64,000 nt of DNA from Candidatus Saccharimonadota bacterium (GCA_046350735.1 JAXLZU010000001.1:384967-448966), one strand, 5' to 3'. Positions 1-9,766 are shown, counted from the stretch's first letter. Translations and numbers: made by a program. The notes: generated from the letters alone by a model not told the origin.

Positions 1-1
1 A

Positions 2-109
2 GGGAAAAGTGTTGTAAGCCCACCAGCTCACACACGAATAAATGCAGGAGATAAATTAATTGTGATGGGTAAAACGGATCAATTAGCAGGACTAGGTAAG
101 ATAATATAG
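2..109 (+). CDS. 3' end of a TrkA-C (RCK_C) domain protein, truncated by window start
   Basis: Frame from nt 2 reads GKSVVSPPAHTRINAGDKLIVMGKTDQLAGLGKII*, resembling the TrkA-C P..xxxIxxGDxLxVxG pattern. Confidence 0.6.
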   Translation, partial: GKSVVSPPAHTRINAGDKLIVMGKTDQLAGLGKII

Positions 110-112
110 GTT

Positions 113-1009
113 ATGAAACAAATTGAATATAGAACGGGGGAAGATGATTCTGGCCGACGAGTTGATATTGTTTTGGCAGAAAATTTCTCAGAGTTTTCGC
201 GAGCTGCTTGGCAGCAGAGTCTAAAGACCAAACCAGCCTTAGTTGATGATAAGAAAGTTACTGGTAGCTATAAGGTTAAGCCAGACCAAATAGTTAAAGC
301 AATATTGCCGATACACAAAAAGCGAGAAATTAATCTTAAGGCTCCAAAACACCTACCAGAAATTCTGTATAAAGATAGTGACGTTATTGTTATTAACAAA
401 CCAGCTGGTCTCATCACACACCCCACCGAAAACAATCCAGGGGAAGCATCTGTTGCAGGGGCCTTTGCTGGTAGCGTTGAAGATATTGATGCTATGCGAC
501 CTGGTATTGTCCATCGACTCGATAGAGATACAAGCGGGGTGATGATTATTGCTCGCAATCTAGCGGCTAAGGAATTTTTGCAAGAGCAATTTCGCCAACG
601 AAATGTAACCAAGCACTACATTGTATTGGTGAGAGGTCAATTAAAACGGCCCGCGGCACGTATAGAGTTGCCTCTGCAAAAAAGTCATCAGCAGCCAAAC
701 ACGATGGCGGTTCGTGCGACAGGTCGCCCGGCTATTACAGAATACCATTTAACTGCGCAATATCCTGGCGCAAGCCTGTTAGATGTTACTATTCATACCG
801 GTCGTACACATCAAATTCGCGCTCACTTTGCTCATCTTGGGCATCCGGTAGTTGGAGACAAGGTATATGGTAAAGTCATTCGCTCTAGTGGTCTGATGCG
901 ACAGTTTTTGCATGCTAGTAGCCTGACTATTCTGCTACCGTCTGGTAAAAGGCAAACCTTTTCAGCCAAACTACCACAAGATCTATCGAGTTATTTGGAG
1001 CAGCTATGA
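113..1009 (+). CDS. rluD: RluA/RluD-family 23S rRNA pseudouridine synthase
   Basis: N-terminal S4-like region; NKPAG, HRLDRDTSG (catalytic Asp), GRTHQIR and LHA motifs. Confidence 0.9.
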   Translation: MKQIEYRTGEDDSGRRVDIVLAENFSEFSRAAWQQSLKTKPALVDDKKVTGSYKVKPDQIVKAILPIHKKREINLKAPKHLPEILYKDSDVIVINKPAGLITHPTENNPGEASVAGAFAGSVEDIDAMRPGIVHRLDRDTSGVMIIARNLAAKEFLQEQFRQRNVTKHYIVLVRGQLKRPAARIELPLQKSHQQPNTMAVRATGRPAITEYHLTAQYPGASLLDVTIHTGRTHQIRAHFAHLGHPVVGDKVYGKVIRSSGLMRQFLHASSLTILLPSGKRQTFSAKLPQDLSSYLEQL

Positions 1010-1866
1010 ATACAGCCTGGCCTACCAGTACCGAGCTGGCTAATCGTCTAGAATTGGCATTGCAAAATCCTGCACATGCATATATTTTTAGCGGGCATTC
1101 TGGGTATGGTGCGCGATTGTTGGCCAACTATTTTTCTGCAAGGCTAGTTAGAGTAGATTACTCTTTTACTTCTACTCACTTGGCTCACTCTAACATTATC
1201 TATATTCAGCCAGAGGAAGGTAAAAAGAAAATTAGCATCACCCAGGTTCATAATCTAATATATAATGCCAATCAGACAAGATTTCGTGCAGATGTACCAA
1301 GGGTATTTATCATTGATCGAGCCGACCAGTTTAGTCGAGAGGCGGCAACTGCGTTACTAAAAACCCTTGAAGAACCTAGCCCAGACACTATATTTATTCT
1401 TACAAGTTATAGCTTGCATACTGTTTTACCAACTATTCGTTCACGTGCAGTTACCATTACACTACCAAAACTTAGTGATAGTGAAATACAACAATTTCTT
1501 ATAAATAACTTATCGGTTTCGTCTGTACGGGCCGGACAAATTACAGAACTGGCTTCAGGAAAAATCGAGCTTGCAACGCATTTGGTAGATGGTGAAAAAT
1601 TTGACGAATATTCTGACCAGATCGCAGAAGCAAAGCAATTCATAAACGGTACATTATCAGAAAAATTTGCCATTGCCAAACAAGTTGCTGACAAGCAAAA
1701 TGCGTCTAATTTTCTCGATAGGCTATGCTATACTTTACCTGTAGAATCGTCTATACTTGTTACAGCATTTAACCAAGAGAGGATAGTAGATGCCGAAAAA
1801 CAAATAGGCTCTAATGTCAACCAACGTTTCGTACTCGAAAATTTGGCTCTGCACTGGACTACATAG
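1006..1866 (+). CDS. holB: DNA polymerase III delta' subunit (no zinc finger)
   Basis: HAYIFSG, ALLKTLEEP and LPTIRSR clamp-loader motifs; degenerate Walker A. Confidence 0.85.
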   Translation: MNTAWPTSTELANRLELALQNPAHAYIFSGHSGYGARLLANYFSARLVRVDYSFTSTHLAHSNIIYIQPEEGKKKISITQVHNLIYNANQTRFRADVPRVFIIDRADQFSREAATALLKTLEEPSPDTIFILTSYSLHTVLPTIRSRAVTITLPKLSDSEIQQFLINNLSVSSVRAGQITELASGKIELATHLVDGEKFDEYSDQIAEAKQFINGTLSEKFAIAKQVADKQNASNFLDRLCYTLPVESSILVTAFNQERIVDAEKQIGSNVNQRFVLENLALHWTT

Positions 1867-1867
1867 T

Positions 1868-2557
1868 ATGATTGCTGAAATTGTTATAATTCTATTAATT
1901 ACTGCCATTACACTTGGTGCTGTCGTGTATCGCAAGAATGCACTGGCTACTTTCTTAATAAACAATCTTTCTGCCACACCACCAAGTCAAGATGTTGCAC
2001 TAGACACTTTACTGGAAGTTGCTGGACGATATTATGCTGAAAAAAATTATCTCTCCGCAGAAAAAGCATATCTTAAAGTACTGAAGGTAGATCACAAAAA
2101 CAGCTTGGCATACAGCCGGCTTGGATTTATCTACTCACATCTTGGTAATACCGACGATGCTATAGAATGTTTTAAAATTGTTGCTGATACATACCCCAAT
2201 GCAGCTAGTTATCATAACCTGGCTATGATGTATTTTAAGAATCGCGATTTTTCTCACTCAGCTGAAGCACTAGAAAAATCACTTAGTATGGAAGTGCATT
2301 TTAGCCGTCTTATCAACTTGGCACGAATATATCGTGCTATGAACAAATATGATAAGCAAATAGATACCCTACAACGTGCACATGAGCTAGAACCAAACAA
2401 TGTAGAAGCCATGCAGCTTTTGGCCGAAGCATATTTACACGAAAAGGATGAAAAGTCGGCTAAATTACTATTCCGTAAAATTCTTAAGGTAGAACCTGAA
2501 AATATTCGGGCTCGCGCAGGTTTGCAGCCCACTAGACAATTGAAAAAACCTCATTAA
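1868..2557 (+). CDS. Membrane-anchored TPR-repeat protein
   Basis: N-terminal TM helix from ATG 1868, then several TPR-like repeats (AYSRLG, SYHNLA, LLAEAY). Confidence 0.8.
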   Translation: MIAEIVIILLITAITLGAVVYRKNALATFLINNLSATPPSQDVALDTLLEVAGRYYAEKNYLSAEKAYLKVLKVDHKNSLAYSRLGFIYSHLGNTDDAIECFKIVADTYPNAASYHNLAMMYFKNRDFSHSAEALEKSLSMEVHFSRLINLARIYRAMNKYDKQIDTLQRAHELEPNNVEAMQLLAEAYLHEKDEKSAKLLFRKILKVEPENIRARAGLQPTRQLKKPH

Positions 2558-2633
2558 TTTGTTAAGATATAATCTGATTTTAAGGCATAAAGGCTAATTC
2601 TTTGGCTATTAAAATTGGTATATAAAACATTAC

Positions 2634-2720
2634 GCAGGGATACCGAAGTGGTCAAACGGGGCAGACTGTAAATCTGCTGGCTTTATGCCTTCGGGGGTTC
2701 GACTCCCTCTCCCTGCACCA
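2634..2720 (+). tRNA. tRNA-Tyr(GTA)
   Basis: GCAGGGA/TCCCTGC acceptor stem, GCAGA-CTGTAAA-TCTGC anticodon arm, long variable arm, GGTTCGACTCC, encoded CCA. Confidence 0.97.
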
Positions 2721-2795
<75 letters not shown>

Positions 2796-2925
2796 CGTCG
2801 ATTTGTTGCTTTCACTTTCGTAGAACACCTTATGGTATTCTACTTCAGTTGTCACTACAAATCTCCTTATCGAAAGAAAATCAGAATTTTCTTTCGTAAC
2901 AATTCAAATTTTTCGATTTGAATTG
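2796..2925. repeat. Cluster of three inverted repeats between tRNA genes
   Basis: GTAGAACACC/GGTATTCTAC (2820-2843) inside GATTTGT/ACAAATC; perfect CGAAAGAAAAT/ATTTTCTTTCG (2871-2896); perfect CAATTCAAAT/ATTTGAATTG (2900-2925). Confidence 0.75.
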
Positions 2926-3000
2926 AAAAAGAGAAACACAGCAAAAGCTGATATAATAATTTTCAGAATTATTATGCAAGTTGGAGCTTTGTTTGGATGT

Positions 3001-3077
3001 GCCGGCGTAGCTCAATTGGTTAGAGCAGCTGTTTTGTAAACAGCAGGTTGCGGGTTCGAGTCCCATCGCCGGCTCCA
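3001..3077 (+). tRNA. tRNA-Thr(TGT)
   Basis: GCCGGCG/CGCCGGC acceptor stem, GCTGT-TTTGTAA-ACAGC anticodon arm, GGTTCGAGTCC, CCA; one C.A mismatch in the T stem. Confidence 0.95.
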
Positions 3078-3096
3078 TAAAAAATGTAAGTGAATT

Positions 3097-3282
3097 ATGT
3101 GGGAAAAAATTGACTCTAGTCTCAATATTCTTCCAGAAAAGAATCCACCAGTATATTTGGCGGACTGTTTTTTGCGAGAAGATCCACGTGTTAGATCGAT
3201 GAGTCTAGTTGTTGGCCTGGCATTAATTAGTGCCAAGCTAATGGTTGTGTCAACAGTAATACTACTTGCATTATATCGATGA
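3097..3282 (+). CDS. Possible small membrane protein
   Basis: 61-aa ORF with hydrophobic C-terminus; stop overlaps the pspC start (ATGA); no recognisable family. Confidence 0.3.
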   Translation: MWEKIDSSLNILPEKNPPVYLADCFLREDPRVRSMSLVVGLALISAKLMVVSTVILLALYR

Positions 3283-3500
3283 CTAAAAGCAAACAATCAA
3301 AACCCAAAGAGTTACAGTTAGATACCAAAGATAAGAAATTTGCGGGTGTCGCTGGTGGTATTGCAGAATACTATGATACCGACCCAGCTCTGGTACGAGT
3401 AGTTGCGGTAATTTTTGTTATACTAACAGGGATATTACCCGGGTTAATTATCTATGGCGTATTTTACCTGCTTATGAAGAACACCAAAAGCAAAAAATAG
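3279..3500 (+). CDS. pspC: PspC domain protein
   Basis: DKKFAGVAGGIAEYYDTDPALVRV followed by a TM segment, typical PspC. Confidence 0.85.
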   Translation: MTKSKQSKPKELQLDTKDKKFAGVAGGIAEYYDTDPALVRVVAVIFVILTGILPGLIIYGVFYLLMKNTKSKK

Positions 3501-3503
3501 GTG

Positions 3504-3926
3504 TTACTGGCTTAGGTTGCCAATAAAGTAATCTTTAAGCATTTCATCGGCAGTTGGCGAGTGTGGTCTACCCCTGCCACCTTGAGTATCAAAGGCCTTG
3601 GTAGCCTCTTTACCACAGTAAGGAATAATTTGTGCTACACCACCAGGATGGTCGGAGATAAACTTGGTGACATCATAGACTTTGTTATTAATTAATAGCC
3701 AACAATTACTTTCTGATGAATGTTTAACAATTTCTGTCATAGTGTATGTCGTTACATTCTGACTTGTATTTTGGGCACTAGTGTTGTTGATGGTATCGCT
3801 AGATTGTGTTGTAGGAGTGGCAGTAGGACTAGACTCATTTAGTTGCTTCTGTAAGAACCCGACTATAAATATTCCTCCAAGAATAAGAGTACAAATAACT
3901 ACAACGATTAAAACGGTTTTTTTCAT
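3504..3926 (-). CDS. Membrane-anchored cytochrome b5-like heme-binding protein
   Basis: N-terminal TM, S/T-rich linker, CWLLINNKVYDVTKFISDHPGG, second His in RPHS. Confidence 0.9.
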   Translation of the reverse strand: MKKTVLIVVVICTLILGGIFIVGFLQKQLNESSPTATPTTQSSDTINNTSAQNTSQNVTTYTMTEIVKHSSESNCWLLINNKVYDVTKFISDHPGGVAQIIPYCGKEATKAFDTQGGRGRPHSPTADEMLKDYFIGNLSQ

Positions 3927-5206
3927 GATAAAGCGAACTCCTCAGTAATAATTTGATTACTTTTAACGCCCGCCGAAACAAAATCCTTTTTTATTGCTTT
4001 CATCATTCGTGGCGGACCACAGATCCATATAGCTGCACCAGTATTTAGGGTTTGTTTGGCAATAGAGTTAGCACTAAACTGTGGTTGATTCTCGTTATTA
4101 ATTAGATGCAAGCGAAAATTTGTTTTTGCCTTTGCAATAGTTTTTAGCTCATTCACAAAATAGGCTTGGGCGTTAGAGCGAAAACTATAATACAAATCGA
4201 CACTTTGATTATTTAATGCTTTTGCCATTGAAATGAACGGAGTTATGCCAATACCACCAGCTATCCAAACTTGGTGGGTATATTCGTCAAGTTTACTACC
4301 AAACTCGCCATATGGCCCCTCTACACTTACATTATCTCCAGCCTGTACACTACTTAAGGCATTTGTGTAGTCTCCAAGTTGTTTGATACCAAATTGAAGA
4401 TGTTTTTCTGTCGGTATAGAGGTAATACTAAACGGATGATATTGCTTTGGCAGATGGTTATTTATAACTTTAATGAATGCGAATTGTCCTGGCGCATAGT
4501 TTTGAATGCCATTGTTAGAAATAATGTCTAGCTGCAGTAAGTCTGCTTTTTTCTTGGCAGACTGAATAGTGTAATCCCAACGCTTACGGAAGCTTTTATG
4601 AAAAATTGAGCGGTAGGCAATAACAATAAGTGCCAACAGCACCCAGACAGTACCAAAAATAATCAGTGGGGTAGACTGACTTACATCGCTACCAGCAATA
4701 AAAAAGCCATGGTATGCACCCAAGAAGAAGACTAAGCCAAGAATAATTTGCAGTTTTACAAACCACTCATGTTTGATGCTTATATAAATACTAATCAAAA
4801 CTGCTACATACATTATCGCCAAGCTTGCCTCGCCGGCTAGTTGAGGAAAGTTAAGTGATGGTTTGAGAAATTGATAGCCCTGCGCTAGAGAAATAGAAGA
4901 ATAACGCAAGGTAATAAGTGTTGGGTGAATAAGTAAGAGCATAAAAGCCCAACTACCAGTAATATGGTGCCAGCGATAAAGATTTGGTAGACCCCCATAC
5001 AGCTTCTCAAAAAATGTAAGCCGAGTACTCAAAAAGATATTCCAACCAAATAATGAAAAACCTGCAATAGCACATAGTTTACCGAGAGTATTGAGTATTT
5101 CGCCAGTACTTGCAAACGCTAAAGGTTGGGTTATTAACCATAGCCCAACAGGGAATAGGGCAACTATTACTGTTGCAATGGTGGGTCTAATATCTTTCTT
5201 TTGCAT
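3923..5206 (-). CDS. Ferric reductase-like transmembrane flavo-oxidoreductase
   Basis: TM domain with His residues (WHH, IHP, YHG), HPFS FAD motif, EGPYG, AGGIGITP and CGP NAD(P)H motifs. Confidence 0.9.
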   Translation of the reverse strand: MQKKDIRPTIATVIVALFPVGLWLITQPLAFASTGEILNTLGKLCAIAGFSLFGWNIFLSTRLTFFEKLYGGLPNLYRWHHITGSWAFMLLLIHPTLITLRYSSISLAQGYQFLKPSLNFPQLAGEASLAIMYVAVLISIYISIKHEWFVKLQIILGLVFFLGAYHGFFIAGSDVSQSTPLIIFGTVWVLLALIVIAYRSIFHKSFRKRWDYTIQSAKKKADLLQLDIISNNGIQNYAPGQFAFIKVINNHLPKQYHPFSITSIPTEKHLQFGIKQLGDYTNALSSVQAGDNVSVEGPYGEFGSKLDEYTHQVWIAGGIGITPFISMAKALNNQSVDLYYSFRSNAQAYFVNELKTIAKAKTNFRLHLINNENQPQFSANSIAKQTLNTGAAIWICGPPRMMKAIKKDFVSAGVKSNQIITEEFALS

Positions 5207-5378
5207 ATATATAATGATACCAGTATTTCTATTTGTTTTTATAGTATTACTATTATTGCTGAAATATTGCTGAATGATGGGTATAACTATAAATATTGGT
5301 CACTTTCTGATAAAATGAGCTAGTTCGACAGATACAATATATAACAGTTAGAATAGCGTAATAACCAGACATACATTG

Positions 5379-5458
5379 AAGGGGTGTAGCTCAGTTGGCT
5401 GTCGAGCGTTAGCGAGCACAATAGATAATTCTAGTCGGTATCCGACGCTCAAAGACAG
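5379..5458 (+). pseudogene. Duplicated 5' fragment of tRNA-Trp followed by a hairpin
   Basis: AAGGGGTGTAGCTCAGTTGGCT (5379-5400) is identical to 5505-5526; it continues into a CTGTC-GAGCGT...ACGCTC-AAA-GACAG fold-back. Confidence 0.7.
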
Positions 5459-5505
5459 AACATTCGAAAAACAAATATTATTAGCCATTAAACCAACCAC
5501 ACTAA

Positions 5506-5582
5506 AGGGGTGTAGCTCAGTTGGCTAGAGCGTCGGTCTCCAAAACCGAAGGCCGCGGGTTCGACTCCTGCCACCCCTGCCA
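5506..5582 (+). tRNA. tRNA-Trp(CCA)
   Basis: AGGGGTG/CACCCCT acceptor stem, TCGGT-CTCCAAA-ACCGA anticodon arm, GGTTCGACTCC, CCA. Confidence 0.97.
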
Positions 5583-5586
5583 AATT

Positions 5587-5608
5587 AACCAGCATCGTCT
5601 GGTTTTTT
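5587..5608 (+). terminator. Intrinsic terminator after tRNA-Trp
   Basis: AACCAG-CATCGT-CTGGTT followed by a T run. Confidence 0.6.
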
Positions 5609-5671
5609 ATTACCTATTTTCTATCTTAGTTTGTTACCAATTATGGTACTATATACGTTAATATAAGCATT

Positions 5672-6736
5672 ATGGCAAAAAAGAAAAAGCATCGACATCA
5701 TATCTCTACAATAACTAAATTGTCTATTGTTATTGGCTGTTTTGCGTTAATAGTAGTTGGTGTTTCGGTATGGTATCAACACAATACTCAATTAGCAACA
5801 TATACCTTGGTGCAATCCAAAATTACTGAGCTAGAGACACTACAAAAAGAGAATGAGCTACAAACTATTAATATTAAACAGTTACGCTATCAGGCTGATG
5901 TGGCAAAACAACAAATAAATAAACTAGATCTTGTTGCATCGTATAATAATCTCGAGCAGTTAAAGAGCAAAACTACCACAGCCCAGGCCCTACTGGATGA
6001 GGCTATTTATAAGCGTCAAGCAGAAGAAGCTGCACAGGCTGCGCTGGCCCAAAAAAGAGAAAGTGCAATTGCCGCTAGTGGCAGTACCAGCAGCCTAGGA
6101 ACATTTGTTCTGCCTATTATTATGTATCACAAGCCGCCGGCCAATTTTGCCGAACAAATGGCTGCTCTAAAAGTCAAAGGATATACAACTATACATATGA
6201 ATGATGTTGCGAGCTTTATTGCTGGACAGACAAAACTTCCACCAAAAGCTGCGGTTATTACCTTTGATGATGGTTTTGCAGTACAAAAAAATATAATGGG
6301 CATTTTGCAGAAAAACAATCAAAAGGCCACGCTCTATCTTATTGAGGGTGGTAATATGAGTCATTATTGTATTGGTCTTTTACGTAAAAACACCTCATGT
6401 GGTGATGATTATTTATCAATTCAGGACGTTAAGAATATGATGAGTTCTAACTTGATTGAAATAGGAGACCATACGGTAGATCATCCAAATATGGCAAGCT
6501 TATCTGAGACTGATCAGCAATTTCAGATTCAGACAAACAAAGCATATCTAGAACAAACCTTTGGGGTGCCAATTACTACCTTTGCCTATCCATATGGTAA
6601 TTACAATGGGGTTACCCTAAAACTACTCAAGCAAAACGGTTTTCTTACTGCAGTAACTACTCAGCCGGGTGTAGTACAGTCACTTGCTCAGCCACTATTG
6701 CTACGGAGAATTCGCTCTACACTCGATTTACCTTAG
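5672..6736 (+). CDS. Membrane-anchored polysaccharide deacetylase (CE4/NodB)
   Basis: TM + coiled coil, then PIIMYH, ITFDDG, HTVDH and FAYPYG motifs. Confidence 0.9.
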   Translation: MAKKKKHRHHISTITKLSIVIGCFALIVVGVSVWYQHNTQLATYTLVQSKITELETLQKENELQTINIKQLRYQADVAKQQINKLDLVASYNNLEQLKSKTTTAQALLDEAIYKRQAEEAAQAALAQKRESAIAASGSTSSLGTFVLPIIMYHKPPANFAEQMAALKVKGYTTIHMNDVASFIAGQTKLPPKAAVITFDDGFAVQKNIMGILQKNNQKATLYLIEGGNMSHYCIGLLRKNTSCGDDYLSIQDVKNMMSSNLIEIGDHTVDHPNMASLSETDQQFQIQTNKAYLEQTFGVPITTFAYPYGNYNGVTLKLLKQNGFLTAVTTQPGVVQSLAQPLLLRRIRSTLDLP

Positions 6737-6775
6737 TCTCAATAGCCTAAGTTTTCCTATGGTATAATTATACTT

Positions 6776-7453
6776 ATGCTTAAGACCGAGGGATTGAAGA
6801 AAATTTATCATATGGGTGAGGTAATTGTGCCGGCGCTGAATAATGTTTTTCTTGAGGTAGAAGACGGTGAGATGCTTTGTATTATGGGAAAATCTGGTTC
6901 AGGTAAAAGTACATTACTACACATGCTCGGTCTTATAGATTCTCCCACGAAAGGCAAAGTATTGTTTAAAGACCAAGATGTTAGCAAGCTGTCTGAGTCT
7001 AGACGGTCTAAGATACGTTTGAGTCAAATGGGGTTTGTGTTTCAAGAATATGCGTTATTGCCAGAGCTTACTGCAGTAGAAAATGTCTACTTGCCAGCTA
7101 AAATGTTGGGGCGGTGGCCAAGTGAGTATCAAGACAGAGCCGCTACCTTGCTTGAGTCGCTCGGTTTGCTCGATAGAATGCACCACAGGCCACGTGAGCT
7201 CTCGGGTGGCCAACAACAACGGGTAGCAATTGCCAGGGCAATGGTAAATAAGCCAGAGGTAATTTTTGCCGACGAGCCAACAGCCAATCTTGATACTGCG
7301 TCTGGCAAGCAGGTAATGGATGCTTTGCGCTGGCTCAATGAACAGTTTGGTACCACCATAATATTTGTATCACACGATACAGAAGATAAACGATATGCTA
7401 AACGGGTTATCTATCTCTATGATGGTAAGCTTTCTGAAGAGGCAGAAGAATAG
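6776..7453 (+). CDS. ABC transporter ATP-binding protein (LolD/MacB-like)
   Basis: GKSGSGKST, LSGGQQQRVAIARA, DEPTANLD. Confidence 0.92.
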   Translation: MLKTEGLKKIYHMGEVIVPALNNVFLEVEDGEMLCIMGKSGSGKSTLLHMLGLIDSPTKGKVLFKDQDVSKLSESRRSKIRLSQMGFVFQEYALLPELTAVENVYLPAKMLGRWPSEYQDRAATLLESLGLLDRMHHRPRELSGGQQQRVAIARAMVNKPEVIFADEPTANLDTASGKQVMDALRWLNEQFGTTIIFVSHDTEDKRYAKRVIYLYDGKLSEEAEE

Positions 7454-7455
7454 TA

Positions 7456-8661
7456 ATGAGAACTGTGCAGGTAGCATTTTTTATTGCCAGTCGCTCAATC
7501 TTTCGCGGCAACTTTTGGTTGGGTGTGATGACAGTATTAATGATGATTTTGGTGTACTTAAATCTATTGTTTGCTCCATCTCTTTTGCAAGGAGTGATTT
7601 TTCAGATGAACTCAAAATTACGTGACACGTTAGTAGGTGATATCACGGTAGAAAGTTCTACCCCTGGCGATCTTATTCCTAACTCAAGCAAGCTAGTAGA
7701 TCAGATATCGACAATAGATGGAGTAGATTCTGTGACGCAGTCACGCACTATTTCGGCACAACTTCAACTCTCCAGCGAAAGGGGGACAGCCGAAGTATCT
7801 GGTATTGACGTAGAAAGCTTTAAAGATGTCTATTCAATTCCAAGGTATATGATTGAAGGGAGTTTTCTGACACCGGGAGATAAAGACCAAATTGTACTTG
7901 GTGCTCAGATTGCGGGTGCCGGTAAAGCAAAGCTCGAGCTTTACTCAGATAGCTTAAAAAACGCCCACGCTGGTGATGTGGTAACAGTAAAATTTGCTAA
8001 TGGTGTAACCAAAAACTATACAGTAAAAGGAATTTATCAGACAGAATTTGTGCAGGCCGATTTAAAAACCCTTATTACTGCTAGTGAGTTTAGCCAGGTT
8101 ATGCCCAGTAGTATAGACAAGGCTAGTGCAATAAATGTAAAGCTTAAGCCGGGTGCCAACCAAGATAAAGTTAATCAAGAGATTCTCGCACTCAGCTCTA
8201 ATATTAAAACAAGAAGTTGGCAAGAGAGAGCTGGATTTGTACAGAGTTATACCGAAAGTATCCAGGTAATCAACAAGATCTTACGGGCAGTAGCTTTGGT
8301 GGTAGGCTTTTTAACTATATTCATTATTACGTATGTCGATGTTGTAAACAAAAAGCGACAAATTGGCATCGAGCGAGCTATTGGTATTTCACCACCAACA
8401 ATAATTTTGGCCTATGAGCTAAGGGCGCTATTTTATACCTTTATTGGTGCAATGATAGGGGCAATACTTTTTGTTACGGTTGTTGTGCCGCTCGAGGCAC
8501 GCTATCCGTTCCATTTTCCACTTGGCAATGTCTTCTTAGATGTTAACTCTAGTTTTATGATTCGAAATGTCTTTATTCTCTTGCTGGTAAGTGTTGCTAG
8601 TGCTACTTTGCCAGCTTGGCGAGCAGTCTATGGAAAAATAGTTGAAGCTATCTGGGGATAG
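7456..8661 (+). CDS. ABC transporter permease (FtsX/LolE/MacB family)
   Basis: TM, large extracytoplasmic domain, KRQIGIERAIG, three C-terminal TMs. Confidence 0.9.
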   Translation: MRTVQVAFFIASRSIFRGNFWLGVMTVLMMILVYLNLLFAPSLLQGVIFQMNSKLRDTLVGDITVESSTPGDLIPNSSKLVDQISTIDGVDSVTQSRTISAQLQLSSERGTAEVSGIDVESFKDVYSIPRYMIEGSFLTPGDKDQIVLGAQIAGAGKAKLELYSDSLKNAHAGDVVTVKFANGVTKNYTVKGIYQTEFVQADLKTLITASEFSQVMPSSIDKASAINVKLKPGANQDKVNQEILALSSNIKTRSWQERAGFVQSYTESIQVINKILRAVALVVGFLTIFIITYVDVVNKKRQIGIERAIGISPPTIILAYELRALFYTFIGAMIGAILFVTVVVPLEARYPFHFPLGNVFLDVNSSFMIRNVFILLLVSVASATLPAWRAVYGKIVEAIWG

Positions 8662-8685
8662 TTGCCATCGTGTTACAATACTTGC

Positions 8686-9282
8686 ATGAAAGATAGTCTA
8701 GCAAATTCTAAAGCTTCTCAGACACGCTACTTTGTAGAGTTGATTACTCGCGCACAAGAAGGTGACGAGGTGGCCTTCGAAGAGCTCTACAGTGAATATT
8801 TTACGCAACTTTATCGCTATGTCTTGGTAAGAGTAGGCAGTAGTGATGAGGCAGATGATATTACTCAGCTGGTGTTTGTAAAATTTTATAAGAATTTATC
8901 TAACTGGCACGATCAAGGCTATAGCCCCTCGGCGTATTTATATACAATTGCCCGCAGTGTTATAGCAGATTATTTTCGTACTAAAGCTCGCAGCGGTAAG
9001 AAGATAGAAGGTTCTGATGAGATTTTAGCAATCATTGCCGACCCGTCACAAAATTTGCATGCAGGCGTTATATCTAACGAAGAGAAGGCAAGTCTATACA
9101 AAGCCCTCCAGCAACTTCCCGAAAACTATCAAGAAGCACTGCTTTTGCGTTATATCGAAAATCTACCTAGTAAAGAAATTGCTGAGATAATTGGTAAGAG
9201 CGATGTAGCAACTCGTAAGCTTCTCAGTCGGGCAGTTAATGCATTAGCGGAAGTAATGAAATTACAAATTAAGGAAAATTAA
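8686..9282 (+). CDS. ECF sigma-70 factor
   Basis: GDEVAFEELY, ADDITQLVF and YLYTIAR (region 2); LPENYQEALLLRY...EIAEIIG (region 4). Confidence 0.92.
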   Translation: MKDSLANSKASQTRYFVELITRAQEGDEVAFEELYSEYFTQLYRYVLVRVGSSDEADDITQLVFVKFYKNLSNWHDQGYSPSAYLYTIARSVIADYFRTKARSGKKIEGSDEILAIIADPSQNLHAGVISNEEKASLYKALQQLPENYQEALLLRYIENLPSKEIAEIIGKSDVATRKLLSRAVNALAEVMKLQIKEN

Positions 9283-9286
9283 AGCA

Positions 9287-9766
9287 ATGAAGTCATTATC
9301 AAATAACGATGCCGAAAAAACAGCTGAGCGCCTTGCTGAATTTTCTAATATCACACCAGACAAGCGAGCATTACTTAGACAGATTGTTAGATCTGCACCA
9401 GAGAATATTACCAGAGACAGTCAGCTAAGCAAATATTTTGCATCAACTTATCAGCAAGAAGAAAAAAAGTCTTTTATTGGCCGACCGGCCATACGTATAT
9501 ATGCAAGTATGGCAGTGGTCTTAGTTGTGTTACTTGGTGGCGGTATGGCTTGGTTTGGTTGGCAAAACAGCACTGCTGTTAGAAATACACAATCATCATC
9601 ACAAATTTCGGTTAACGGTAAAGTGTCAAACACAATTAATACAATTACTCAGCAGGCTCAGACTGAGTTGCAAACTGCTCAAAGCGCAACTATAGATACC
9701 GCAAATCTCGATACTATTAATACACAGTTAGGGCAAATGCAGGAGGCTGTAAATGAAAAATTTTAG
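9287..9766 (+). CDS. Single-TM protein, candidate anti-sigma factor
   Basis: Directly follows the ECF sigma; cytoplasmic N-terminus, one TM, Q/T-rich external part. Confidence 0.55.
   Translation: MKSLSNNDAEKTAERLAEFSNITPDKRALLRQIVRSAPENITRDSQLSKYFASTYQQEEKKSFIGRPAIRIYASMAVVLVVLLGGGMAWFGWQNSTAVRNTQSSSQISVNGKVSNTINTITQQAQTELQTAQSATIDTANLDTINTQLGQMQEAVNEKF

Noticed and set aside
2881-3296. Minus-strand ORFs 2881-3078 and 3012-3296
   Set aside because: Antisense shadows of tRNA-Thr (WSRRWDSNPQP is a typical reverse-tRNA translation)
5401-5526. Self-splicing intron in tRNA-Trp
   Set aside because: Too short for a group I/II intron, and the downstream tRNA copy is already complete
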